Below are positions 31,992 through 45,032 of a stretch of DNA of 64,000 bases, piece by piece; the stretch's first letter is position 1, and every line of letters starts with the position of its first letter. Origin of the DNA: the human T2T-CHM13v2.0 reference genome, Homo sapiens. The DNA lies in assembly GCF_009914755.1 (NCBI RefSeq), contig NC_060936.1. One strand, given 5' to 3'. The notes beneath the pieces are model-generated. The model ran no database searches. It saw only the letters and a list, made by a program, of their open reading frames with translations, and was not told the origin of the DNA. Position numbers and translations under genes: made by a program.

Positions 31992-32868
31992 CAAGAAAAA
32001 AACAAACAACCCCATCAACAAGTGGGCGAAGGATATGAACAGACACTTCTCAAAAGAAGACATTTATGCAGCCAAAAGACACATGAAAAAATGCTCATCA
32101 TCACTGGCCATCAGAAAAATGCAAATCAAAACCACAATGAGATACCATCTCACACCAGTTAGAATGGCAATCATTAAAAAGTCAGGAAACAACAGGTGCT
32201 GGAGAGGATGGGGAGAAATAGGAACGTTTTTACACTGTTGGTGGGACTGTAAACTAGTTCAACCATTGTGGAAGTCGATGTGGCGATTCCTCAGGGATCT
32301 AGAACTAGAAATAACATTTGACCCAGCCATCCCATTACTGGGTATATACCCAAAGGATTATAAATCATGCTGCTATAAAGACACATGCACATGTATGTTT
32401 ATTGCGGCACTATTCACAATAGCAAAGACTTGGAACCAACCCAAATGTCCAACAATGATAGCCTGGATTAAGAAAATGTGGCACATATACACCATGGAAT
32501 ACTATGCAGCCATAAAAAAGGATGAGTTCATGTCCTTTGTAGGGACATGGATGAAGCTGGAAACCATCATTCTCAGCAAACTATCACAAGGACAAAAAGC
32601 CAAACACTGCATGTTCTCACTCATAGGTGGGAATTGAACAATGACAACACATGGACACAGGAAGGGGAACATCACACTCTGGGGACTGTTGTGGGGTGGG
32701 GGTAGGGGGGAGGGATAGCATTAGGAGGTCTACCTAATGCTAAATGACGAGTTGATGGGCGCAGCACACCAACATGGCACATGTATACATATGTAACAAG
32801 CCTACACGTTGTGCACATGTACCCTAGAACTTTAATAATAATAAAAAAATAAATAAATAAAAAGAAAA
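31992..32868 (+). mobile_element. 5'-truncated L1PA4-like LINE-1
   Basis: Open C-terminal ORF2 (CCHC knuckle to ...IGGN) and 3'UTR gctaaatgacgag...ccctagaact with A-rich tail. Confidence 0.9.
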
Positions 32869-33084
32869 CGGGAAGAGAAGGGCAATTGAGAAACCTTGAA
32901 TCTGTTTACACAAAATAGACTTAAGTTTCAAACCAAAAGGGACTGCATAACCATAAATTGGCAAGATTAAGCCTTGTTTCCCAGAGCACAAATGAAGTTT
33001 TAAGAGCTAAACTAAGTTGAGATAAAAAATTATAAGGAAGTTTACATCTTTGTACTCCTGAATGCTAAGAAACCACTTCAATAA

Positions 33085-33320
33085 TAGTAGAAGACATGCA
33101 TTCAACACTTCGTAGTTGGCTCTGTGCTTAAAAACTTTACATGGATTGTCACATTCCTCTTCACAACAACCTTAAAAGTAAACACTATTTTTCACTTTGC
33201 TTTGCAGACAAGAAAGCTGAAACCTCACACCTACACAAGGGCAAAAGCCAAGATTCAAGCTGCTAGATTCAAAGCTGCTGACCCTAATCACTCTAATCAT
33301 CACGCTCTATACTGCTCCAT
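33085..33320 (-). mobile_element. MIR SINE fragment
   Basis: tcctcttcacaacaacctt...ttgcagacaagaaagctga...gccaagattcaa. Confidence 0.6.
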
Positions 33321-35103
33321 TTAATAGAGCAACCATTTATATATTACTTTAGGACATTAGACTCGGTGAATATCCCAACAGACTTACTTCCACGCCAGAT
33401 TCATGTTCCTCAAGGCCTTGGAACATATTTTCAGAATTTTTTGTCTTCCTCTTACATCACTCTGCATGAGGAAGAGAATAAATAATTCCCATGAATAGCA
33501 ATGTCTGTAATCCAATTTGTCAGGTGCCATGAGGCACAATGGTACACACGGGATTAGCACTTCCTTTGATAGCCTTGATGTTAAATCCTAAGAGGATCCA
33601 TGGCAGAAGTAATTTGGTGCCAACATCTCTATAAATACAGTCAGAAGTTGTCTTCCATTCAAGCCTGGTGATAGTTGGTTTCATAAAATAAATGACTAGA
33701 CAGACAGATGAGAGATCATTTATTTCCTTATATGACATGCCATATAGCTAAAGAAATTGCGCTGTTCAAGTTCTTGCTTCTCATGCCACCATCAGTTGAA
33801 CCGTAATCATAAATAATTTTAGTTTTTCATAAGGTATTCTGTGATTAAAGTGTATTACCTGCTTTTTTCAATTTTAGGATTATTGGAAACTCTAATCCAT
33901 TTCATGTGTTATCTTTCAGCACTCATAATTAATCTCTGCTATGAGCACCCAAAAATTAAACCTCATGCTGTATGCTTATATTAGATTGGAAATCTCAGGT
34001 ACCTTGGTTCATATGACACATGAAAATAATTTTAGATGAAAATATTGTAATATTCCAATTCAAATAGATATAATAAAAAAGGCACAGTGTCTGATCTTAT
34101 GCTGTGTGAGCACTTGGCACTGGCCAGCTGCTGTGAAATTGGATACCTTTTAATGTCTTTCTGTAATAAGCATATTCTACGGAAACAGTGAATGAGAAAA
34201 CCACACACCTATCGTGGAATTTTTATTGCAGCTTACCTGTGGTCTTTTGTGAAACTCTATATAATACAAAAAATCCTGTATCTGTTCTGCTTCTCCCAGT
34301 AGTTTCAAAAACTGAAGGGCAATAAGCTACTTTAATCTCTAGTTTGGAAGGTACAGTTTAACTCTAGTTCCATGCATCCCTGGTGGTCATTGCCATTTTG
34401 TAATGTTACAAAGGCTTCTGTTTTAAAATGTGCTGTGGGCTTATATAGCAACTTTATCAGATTAATTATCTTCTTTGGGAAATCTTCTGGAACACAAAAA
34501 GTAATATACAGCAGACCAATTTTTGTATCAGCTATGTGCCAGGATAGTTCTAAAGATAATCAAAATTCTATATACAGGGCTCTTACCTGCCTACAAAAAT
34601 GTATTTGAAGATAATTCTACGTCATCAATGTTTTTATCCCTTACAAATTTTATACCTAAGTATAAATTTCCCCCTTTGCCTCATACCTTTTTCACCTGAG
34701 CCACATCAAATAACATTATAAATCATTGAATCATTTAAAATTAAATTTTATATCAGAAAATTAATTTCCTCCTCCAAATTACTAAAATAATGTATATTAC
34801 TAGTATTCATAAATGAAAAGCAGCCAAATGGTATTTTAAAGGGAGAAAACCAGATTTTAGATTTTCCTATTTGAAGAATAGTCTCCAAAACGTCACCACA
34901 AATGCAGCCCATTGATTCCAGCTGACTGGTGCCATTTATGGCAAAAAGATAAGGTGAGATGATGCACATTCCTTTTTGAATGTGTTCAGATTTTGAAAAG
35001 AAACTTTAAGGTAGTAACCCTTCAGTGACAGTGATAAATAGATGCCTCCCAAGACTGAGAAAAGAAATCACTCGAGAAGTGAAAAGTGAAAAGTGGAAGG
35101 TGA

Positions 35104-35426
<323 letters not shown>

Positions 35427-35884
35427 CCATAACTCTTGTAATGGCCCAGGACAGGCCCGCAAAGTACTTCTTTGCTATTCCACAAGTTTCCGGCTTTCTG
35501 CACCTAACCAGCTCCCTTAACCTTTCCAGAGCTGCCTTCTTCCTGGCAGAGAGTTGATTCCTTAATATGTTAGGAAGATCCATTGGAAATTATTCTGCAT
35601 GGTAGACTCTCTGCTGTTAGATCCTAGCAGGCTTATCCAGCTGCTGTCTCCTGGAAGTACGGAACTAAGAAAGCCAAGCTAGGTTAAAGGCAACATGAAA
35701 GCCAGCAGAAAATTGAATTGACCCAGCTGAGGTTATTATCCAGTTTTCCCCCAAACTACATCTACATAGTGAAAAAAGACCAAAGGAGTTCAGGGTAAAG
35801 GAGGTTCTTGTACTGAATCAGGAAGGAAACTTTGTATGAAAACCTGAATGTGTCTCATTTCTAGATTTATTTCTGAACCTCCAT

Positions 35885-36100
35885 AGTATCAAGGAAGGAA
35901 CACAGAATTTGCCATCAATCAGACTGAGCTCAAATCCTAGTTCAATCTGTTAAAGATTCTTTAAAAACATCTTTAACAGCTATGAGATATAGTTTCCACC
36001 TTTATGTAATGGATAGGAAACACCTACCTCATTTGCTTGTCATGAGGATTAAATAAGATAACATAATAAAGTTACTGGTGCAGAACTCGAAACCAGGGCT
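35885..36100 (+). mobile_element. MIR SINE
   Basis: tcagactgagctcaaatcctag...cacctacctca...tgaggattaaataagata. Confidence 0.7.
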
Positions 36101-36117
36101 AAAAGATATGTTTCCTG

Positions 36118-36410
36118 GATGGGTACAGTCTCTCACACCTGTATTCCCAGCACTTTGGGAGGCAAAGGCAAGAAAACTGCTTGAGACCACAAATTTGAAA
36201 CCAGCCTGGGCAATTATAGCAAGACCCCATCTCTACAAAAAAATTAAAAAATTAGCCAGGAGTGGTGGTGCACACCTGTAGTCCCAGCTAATGGGAAGCT
36301 GAGGCCGACAGGAGACTAAGGATCTTTTGAGCCCAGGAGTTTGAGGCTACAGTGAGCCATTATCACACCACTGCACTCCAGCCTGGGTGACAGAGACAGA
36401 CCCTGTCTCT
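36118..36410 (+). mobile_element. AluJ
   Basis: tagcaagaccccatctctac, gagcccaggagtttgaggctacagtgagc and agaccctgtctc J-type diagnostics. Confidence 0.9.
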
Positions 36411-36459
36411 TTATATATCTAAGGAGCAGCTGTTGTAATGGTAATTGATATAGTAAGAA

Positions 36460-36730
36460 CAATAATGACCTTTTGTTGAAGGCTTTATAAGCTAGGCATT
36501 GTGCTAAGCACATAGACATAATGTTTCTAAATCTCATTTTAAAACTCCACAACATAGATGGTATTTAACAGAAAAGTATCCCTGTTAAGTGGTAAAAGCA
36601 GCAAGGAGAAAACTGGACAGGTAGATTAAATTCCATCACTTGCTTTGAGTTGCAGTTCTGACAAATAAATTAGCATCGAATTTTATTTCAGAAAGGTTAA
36701 GTGACTTCCCCAAAGTCACACAGCCAGAAA
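36460..36730 (-). mobile_element. MIR fragments
   Basis: ctaggcattgtgctaagc and aggttaagtgacttccccaaagtcacacagc. Confidence 0.6.
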
Positions 36731-38952
36731 CTGCCTAATGCCTCATTTTCGTTGTATATCTTAGGTGTAATTGTTTTCCTAGTTTATACAACATATCGCA
36801 AAACCTAAAAATAAAAGAGATATTTGAGACCCAAGTAAATCCATACAAACTCACTATCCTGAATCCTGTTGCTGCACAGCACAAGACTGTCAGATAAATA
36901 CTGTTCTCCAAAACTTCCCTAACCAGAAACCAGGGGAGTGGCCTAAGGTAATACTTATCAGAGAGAAGAGAATACTAGCACCCCTAGTCTGCCCACAAAG
37001 TCCCCAGGAGCTGGGCTAACAGTGACCCAGGATCACAAAATTCCAGAAGAACTCAGAAATTCAAAATTGGGAAATAAAGCCTAATCTTCACCACCAGTAA
37101 TGACACAAATTAAAGTTAAGTACTGGGAGAAAGCCGACAACTAACTCACCAGGAATTAATGTTGAGTCCAAACATCAACTGAAATCAAGATAAGATCCTT
37201 CCTGTAATTCTTTATTATGCTAAACTGAACTCTGATATTTAAAAACTCTGGGACCATCAAACACATACCAAGATTATTGTTTGCCTGGGAAAACCCTGCT
37301 TAAACGCAGAAGATAAAATGACTTCAACTTCTCCAGATGTTTCTCCATGCTGTCTATGACACTTGAAAGAGATGCTCTTCTGCATCTCAGAAGCTGTGTT
37401 TCAAACACTGAGCAGAGTGAGTTTCTCTAGAGAGGACCTTTCACACTGTCTCTCTCTATGTTTATCACATAGTGAATCCAATGGCTAACTCAGGAAAAGA
37501 ATAAGTAAATAGACCAAAGTCTAAATATATAAAATTGATTGATTTTGCAATATTCTCTACTTCTTGAAAGTATATATGACTCCACAGTTAGTACTTTTTG
37601 AGAAATATTTTTAATGTATAAAGTGAAGAACACATATATCTCAGATCGGATATGATTTATTAAAAAGTAGGTTCACTTGACTGAGTTTATAAGCATTGAC
37701 CAAGCCTGGCACGAGTACATGAAATTACTAATTATTGACTGTACAGCACCATCAACTGAATCAGGATGAGAAAAAGAACTGTGAAGTGCTATATGCAAAG
37801 TGCTAGGCTTTACTAATATATCCTTACACTAAGAATGTTAATTCTATGATGGTATATTTTATTTTTAGAATGTCTGGTTCTGACTACATTTTCCAAAAAT
37901 AAGTATTCAATAGTAAATGGCAAGAAACCCAAGCACCAAAATGATAATAAATATTTCAAGCTACCTTTCCCAGAAACACAATCTGTTTCTCAACTGATAG
38001 AAATTCATCATAAGCCACTGTCTATATCTTTGGAAAATTTTACTGTGCAATAATTCATCAAAAGCCACTAGACCAAATTGCCATTTAATCCTTGAACCAA
38101 GGAAACAATTCATATAGCTATAAGTTTATAAACATCTTACCAAGAGTTGATGTGCTACACCACAGCAATTTCAAAGTCCATCCAATATACCATCAACTCT
38201 AATTCTTGGTACAGTATATACTTACCTTCATTATGGAATTTATACAAGCTTAACAAGAATCACAGTTTTAAGAAAAAATAATATGAAATTCTTCAGTATG
38301 TTTATCACATAGAATAGAAAAATAGTGAATATTTCTCATTTTTTGAAAGATCAACTTTTGAACAAAACACAAAGAGAAACAGAGATTTTAAACATCTGAA
38401 TTCTAACCTCTACACAAACAAATTAGAAAATCTAAAGGAAATAGATAAATTTCTGGAAACACACAAGCCCCCAAGATTGAACTAGGAAGAAAGTGAAAAC
38501 CTGAACAGGCCAATAGTAAGTTCTGAAATTGAATCAGTAATTAAAAAAAAAACTTACCAAACAAAAAGATCTCTGGACCAGAGCAATTCACAGCTGAATT
38601 CTTCCAGACATACAAAAAAGAACTGATATCAATCCTACTGAAACTATCCTAAAAGATTAATAAAGAGAGAATCCTCCCTAAATCATTCTATGAAGCCAGC
38701 ATCACCCTGATACCAAAACCAGGAAAGGACATAATGAAAAAAGAAAATCACAGTCCAATATCCTCATCAAAATACTAGCTAGCCTAAACCAATAACACAT
38801 AAAAAAGATAATATACTATGATCTAATGGGTTTCATCTCAGGAATACAGGAATGGCTTAACATATGCAAGTCAATAAATGCAATACATCACATAAACAGA
38901 ATTAAAAACAAAAATCATATGATCATCTCAATAGATGCAGAAAAAGCATTCA

Positions 38953-39334
<382 letters not shown>

Positions 39335-41010
39335 CTAGGCAGAGATGGAAAATACCTGAAAATTATAAAAGCCCTATATGAAAATCCACAGCCAATACAC
39401 TGAATAAAGAAAAGTTGAAACTATTTCCCCTGAGAATTGGTACAAGACAAGGATGCCCACTTTCACCACTTCTATTCAACATAGTACTAGAAGTCCTAGC
39501 CAGAGCAACCATGCAAGAGAAAGAAATGAAGGGCATCCAAATTGGAAAATAGGAAATCAAACTATCACTGTTCACCAATGATATAACCATATACCTAGGA
39601 CACCCTAAAGACTCCTCCAAATGACTACTAGATTTAATAAACAATGTCTCAGGTTACAAAAATCAAAGTACACAAATCAGTAGCACTGCTATCACCAACA
39701 ATAACCAAGCTGAGAAGCAAGTCAATAACTCAATCCTTTTTACCATAGCTGCAAATAAAATAAAATATCTTGGAATATACTTAAAAAAGAAGGTGAAAGA
39801 TCTCTACAAGGAACTAAAAAACACTGCTGAAAGAAATCATATGACACGAACAAATGGAAATGCATCCCAGGTTCATGAATTGGAAGAATAAATATCATGA
39901 AAATGACCATACTGTTCAAAGCAACCTACAGATTCTAAGTGCAATTCCTATCAAAATATCAACATCATTTTTCACAAAATTAGAAAAAAACATTAAAATT
40001 CATATGGAACCAAAAAAGAGCCCAAATAGTCAAAGCAATCCTAACCTAAAAGAACAAATCTGGAGGCATCACATTACCTGACTTCAAATTATACTACAAG
40101 GCTACAGTTACCAAAACAGTATAACACTGGTATAAAAGTGGACACATAGACTAGTGCAACAGAATAGAGAACCCAGAAAAAAAGCCAAATACCTACAGAC
40201 AACTGATCTTTGACCAAGCATACAAAAACATAAATTGGCAAAAGGACACACCCTATTTAATAAATGATGCTGGGAAAATGGATAGCCACATGTAGAAGAA
40301 TGAACCTGGATCCCTATCTTTCACCTTATACAAAAATCAACTGAAGATGGAGCAAAGACTTAAATCTCAGACCCGAAACCATAAACATTCTAAAAGAAAA
40401 CTTAGAAAAAATTCTTCTGGACGTTGGCCTAAGCAAATAATTTATGACTAAGACCACAAAAGCAAATGTAACAAAAACAAAACTAAATAAATGGGACCTA
40501 ATTAAACAAAAAGCTTTTGTACAGCAAAAGAAACAATCATCAGAGTAAACAACCCACAAAATGGGAAAGAATATTAACAAACTATGCCTCTGACAAAGAA
40601 TTGATATCCAGAATCTACAAGGAACTCAAACAAATCAGCAAGAAAAAAAACAAATAATCCCATCAAAAAGTGGGCAAATGGCATGAATAGAATTTCTCAA
40701 AAGAAAATATGCAAGTGGCCAATAAATATATGAATAAATGCTCACCATCACTAATCATCAGGGAAATACAAATTAAAACCACAGTGAGATACCACCTTAC
40801 CCTGTATGAATGGCCATTATTGCAAAGATAAAATACAATAGATGTTGGCAAAAAGATTTCACCACTATACAATTCATCCATGTAATCAACAACAACTTGT
40901 ACCACAATAGATATGGTAAAAAAAAAAAAAAAAAAAAAGGGAAAACTTATATATTGCTGGTGGGAACATAAATTAGTAAAACCTCCTTAGAAAACAGTAT
41001 GGAGACTTCT

Positions 41011-41186
41011 TTTTTTAAAACCTTTATTTTAGATTCTAGGGTACATTTGCAGATTTGTTATGCAGGTAAACTGCACATCACAGGGGTTTGGTTTACAGAT
41101 TATTTTGTCACCCAGGTACACAGAGAGGGAAACAACAGACACTGGAGCCTACTTGAGGGTGGAGAATAAGAGGAGGGAGAGGATCA
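41011..41186 (-). mobile_element. Twin-primed (5'-inverted) mini L1PA15/16
   Basis: Antisense 3' end at 41011-41118, then a sense 3'UTR piece at ~41118-41186. TSD gaga(c/t)ttct (41002-41010 / 41187-41195). Confidence 0.85.
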
Positions 41187-42204
41187 GAGATTTCTAAAGA
41201 ACTAAAAGTAAATCTACTATTTGATCCAGCAATCCCACTCCTGGGTATCTACCCAAAGAAAAGTCATTGTATCAAAAAGACACCTGCATGCATATGTTTA
41301 TTGCATCAAAATTCACAATTGCAAAGATATGGAACCAACCTAAGTGCCCATTGACCAATGAGTGAATAAAGAAAATGTGGTATGTATATACATCATGGAA
41401 TACTACTCAGCAATGAAAAAGAATGAAATAATGTCTTTTGCAGCAACTTGGATAGAGCTAGAGGCCATTATTCTAGGTGAAGTAACTCAGGAAGGCAAAA
41501 CCAAATACCTTATGCTTACACTTATAAGTGGGAGCTCAGCTTTTGGTATGCAAAGGCATACAGAGTGACATAATGGACTTTGGAGACTCAGAAGGAGGAG
41601 GGTGGGAGGTGGGTGAGGGATTAAAAAAAAAACTACAAATAGGGTACAATGTACACTACTCAGGTGGCGGGTGCACCAAAATCTTAGACTTCACCACTAT
41701 ATAATTCATCCATGTAATCAAAAACAACTTGTACCCCAAAAGCTACTGAATTCTTTTTAAAAAAGTATACCTATCGTTACTGAGCATTGTGAGTCCAGGC
41801 ACACCCTACTAGAAGTTAAACTGCCAAAGAATAGTAGATGCATTTAAGTTTTTCAATGGTATCTGGAAAGTAATTTGAATTTACCATTTAATCCATAAAT
41901 TAATTTAAAAAGACATTAATGAGATTTGTGTGTGGCTAGATGTTACTTGTTGATTACAATATTACTCTTAATTTATATTGTCATTTTAGTTGCCTAGAAA
42001 ATATGACTGGTTAGATTTCTACTCTTTTGAAATTAATGACATTATTAAGGCTAAAATCTTGCTATTTAATTTTTTCCTCTGGTATTTGAATACAATGTGT
42101 ATCTTTGGTTTATTGGCAAAAAATACTATCCATTTTTCTCTATGTGGAATTAGTCAAACTTTCTAATAAAGTTATTCAACATTAAAAATAAAAATAAAAA
42201 AACC

Positions 42205-42370
42205 TTGAGTTCTGGCAGTTCTACCCTTAACTACTTGCATGATCTTACCTGATTTGGATTTCAAATTCCGCATCTATAAAGTAGGAAAAAGTACAGTCTC
42301 TGTCTACTTCATATGCTTGTTTTGTGGAGCAAATGTGATAATTTATGATACACATAAAATATGTAATGTT
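42205..42370 (+). mobile_element. MIR SINE
   Basis: catctataaagtagg...ttttgtggagcaaatgtgataat. Confidence 0.6.
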
Positions 42371-42867
42371 ATTATCAAGAGCATTTTCAAATGAAAGAAA
42401 ACAGGACAATACATTTGATGGCTGCCTCTCTTCACGTGACTTTTCTTTTCACCCACTCAAAGCACAAGTGCCAAAAATAAGTTATTGCCTAAAGTAAGAT
42501 CCAGAGAAAAAGAGCAATATCCTGGCAATGAAATCTCTAATCTTGGAGCAGTTACTCAATTACACTGAGCCTTAGTTTTGCCTTCTTTAAAATAGAACAG
42601 CTTACCTGCTTCCACCTACAGAGAAACATGACAATAGATTTAACAGTGTTGTCTTACTCAGCTTCCTCATATGTAAAATTGGCTTTCTGGATAATGTATT
42701 TAAAGCCAATAGCCTGGTACTTAGCATATTCATTCATTCAACAAATAATCTGTTCTGGCTGCTACAAATATAACAGAGAACAGAACAGAAAAGCCCCAGG
42801 CCCCACTGTGGTTACCTTATAGTATGGGAAGATAGATAATAAACAGACTAAGTCAAATAGATAGTGG

Positions 42868-43005
42868 CAGTGCCAGCTTCATAGACATGTAATGTGTGCA
42901 ATTGCATAAGGTCCCAAGCCCAGACACCCAGTGCTTGGTTTAATGCCCTGCTATTGCCATCTTGAAATTCTTAATAGTTTGTGAACAAAGGGACCCACAT
43001 TTTCA
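42868..43005. mobile_element. MER91A-like hAT-Tip100 MITE
   Basis: cagtgccagcttcat...gcttggtttaatgccctgctattgccatcttgaaattcttaata. Confidence 0.7.
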
Positions 43006-43094
43006 GCTCCTGGATGGTGGTAGATGGTGGTATGGAGAAAATAAAGTGCAAAGGGATTAGGAAACGTGTGTTGGCAGGTAGGAGGAGTGGCCAT

Positions 43095-43405
43095 CAGGGC
43101 TTCAACATGACATTACACATTTCGGCACTACACAAAGGTGCCCAGGTGGGGAAGACAGTGAGGGCTGAAAACTGCCTAGAGGGAGAGGCCTTACTCTGCA
43201 CAAATCTGATTCCAGGTAACTCTCCAAGCACCTGGCTTTAGAGGTAACAATCACATAGATTACAATGGGCCTCAGATATCTTTAGATGCAGTCAACCCAA
43301 AGCCTGCCTGCTTGTCCAGCTGTGAACCGCAGAGTGATACCCCCAGAATGGGCATCCTTTTCTCATCTACGCAGAGGTGCAGGTGAAGCTAGCAATGGGC
43401 ATGCT
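43095..43405. mobile_element. MER45-like hAT-Tip100 element
   Basis: cagggc...gcactacacaaaggtgccc start and gcagaggtgc...gctagcaatgggcatg end. Confidence 0.55.
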
Positions 43406-43599
43406 GGTCAGTAAATGCCACTTGAGGAAAGGTCTGAAGAGGTGAGCAAGTAAGTTGTGCAGAATGGAGGAAGAAGGAGTTAGGCAAAAGGAACAGTGAA
43501 TGCCGCTGAATGCCACTAGAATACTATGGTTATGAGCTTTTCATTTGGCTGCATTGAGGGAAACGGTAGTAATTTATTTAAGGGGAAAATAATTTAATA

Positions 43600-44075
43600 C
43601 TAGATTATCCAAGATAGGAGCCACTAGCTATATGTGGCTACTGAATACTTGAAATATAGCATGTGTGAATGAGAAAGTTAATTTTTAATTTTAATTTTAA
43701 AACATATCTGATTCAGTTATTTCAAAACTTTCATATATGTTTTAAACAATATGGGCATGTAAATCTATTTTCTAACTGTAATTTTATAAAATTTAAATAC
43801 AGATCATATATTTGTGATGAAAATCCAGACTCTGAACTAGATATATTGTTACCATAAACAGCACACCAAATTTTGAAAACAGTACCAAAACAAAAACTTA
43901 TATTATTAATAACTTTTATATAGACTACATGGTAAAAAAGTATTTTCGATATGTTAGATACATAAAATATATCATTAGAATTAATCTGCACTCTTTTTAA
44001 TTTTCTAATGTGGCTACTAGAAAATTTAAAATTACACATTAGCTCACATAACTTTATTCGAAAGTACTGGTCTAG
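43600..44075. mobile_element. hAT-Charlie fossil (MER33/Charlie1-like)
   Basis: gccactagctatatgtggctactga...atgtggctactagaaaatttaaaattaca. Confidence 0.7.
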
Positions 44076-44126
44076 TGAATTAATAGGGTAGGCAAAACAA
44101 GATCTTGCCAAAATTAAGAATTTTGT

Positions 44127-45032
44127 TGGGGAGGAGCCAAGATGGCCGAATAGGAACAGCTCCAGTCTACAGCTCCCAGCTTGAGCGAAGCAGAAGACGG
44201 GTGATTTCTGCATTTCCATCTGAGGTACCGGGTTCATCTCACTAGGGAGTGCCAGACAGTGGGCGCAGGCCAGTGGGTGCGTGCACCGTGCGTGAGCCGA
44301 AGCAGGGCGAGGCATTGCCTCACCTGGGAAGCTCAAGGGGTCAGGGAGTTCCCTTTCCGAGTCAAAGAAAGGGGTGACAGATGCACCTGGAAAATGGGGT
44401 CACTCCCACCCGAATATTGCGCTTTTCAGACCGGCTTAAAAAACGGCACACCACGAGACTATATCCCACACCTGGCTCGGAGGGTCCTATGCCCACGGAA
44501 TCTCGCTGATTGCTAGCACAGCAGTCTGAGATCAAACTGCAAGGCGGCAGCGAGGCTGGGGGAGGGGCGCCCGCCATTGCCCAGGCTTGATTAGGTAAAC
44601 AAAGCAGCCTGGAAGCTCAAACTGGGTGGAGCCCACCACAGCTCAAGGAGGCCTGCCTGCCTCTGTAGGCTCCACCTCTGGGGGCAGGGCACAGACAAAC
44701 AAAAAGACAGCAGTAACCTCTGAAGACTTAAATGTCCCTGTCTGAAAGCCTTGAAGAGAGCAGTGGTTCTCCCAGCACGCAGCTGGAGATCTGAGAACGG
44801 GCAGACTGCCTCCTCAAGTGGGTCCCTGACCCCTGACCCCCGAGCAGCCTAACTGGGAGGCACCCCCCAGCAGGGGCACACTGACACCTCACACGGCAGG
44901 GTATTCCAACAGACCTGCAGCTGAGGGTCCTGTCTGTTAGAAGGAAAACTAACAAACAGAAAGGACATCCACACCGAAAACCCATCTGTACATCACCATC
45001 ATCAAAGACCAAAAGTAGATAAAACCACAAAG
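44127..45032 (+). promoter_or_regulatory. L1 5'UTR: internal sense promoter (YY1 site caagatggccg at ~44138) and antisense promoter
   Basis: CpG-rich and collinear with the young L1PA 5'UTR. The function is established for the family; activity of this copy is unknown. Confidence 0.8.
44362..44577 (-). CDS. ORF0: LINE-1 antisense ORF0 (71 aa)
   Basis: MAGAPPPASLPPCSLISDCCASN... is 71 aa on the antisense strand of the 5'UTR. Both internal splice-donor motifs are present (CCAG|GTGTGG, CCAG|GTGCAT). Confidence 0.88.
   Translation of the reverse strand: MAGAPPPASLPPCSLISDCCASNQRDSVGIGPSEPGVGYSLVVCRFLSRSEKRNIRVGVTPFSRCICHPFL

Noticed and set aside
43731-44336. 201-aa minus-strand ORF
   Set aside because: Non-ATG start. 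It reads from the L1 5'UTR antisense strand into a Charlie fossil, with no protein family signal.
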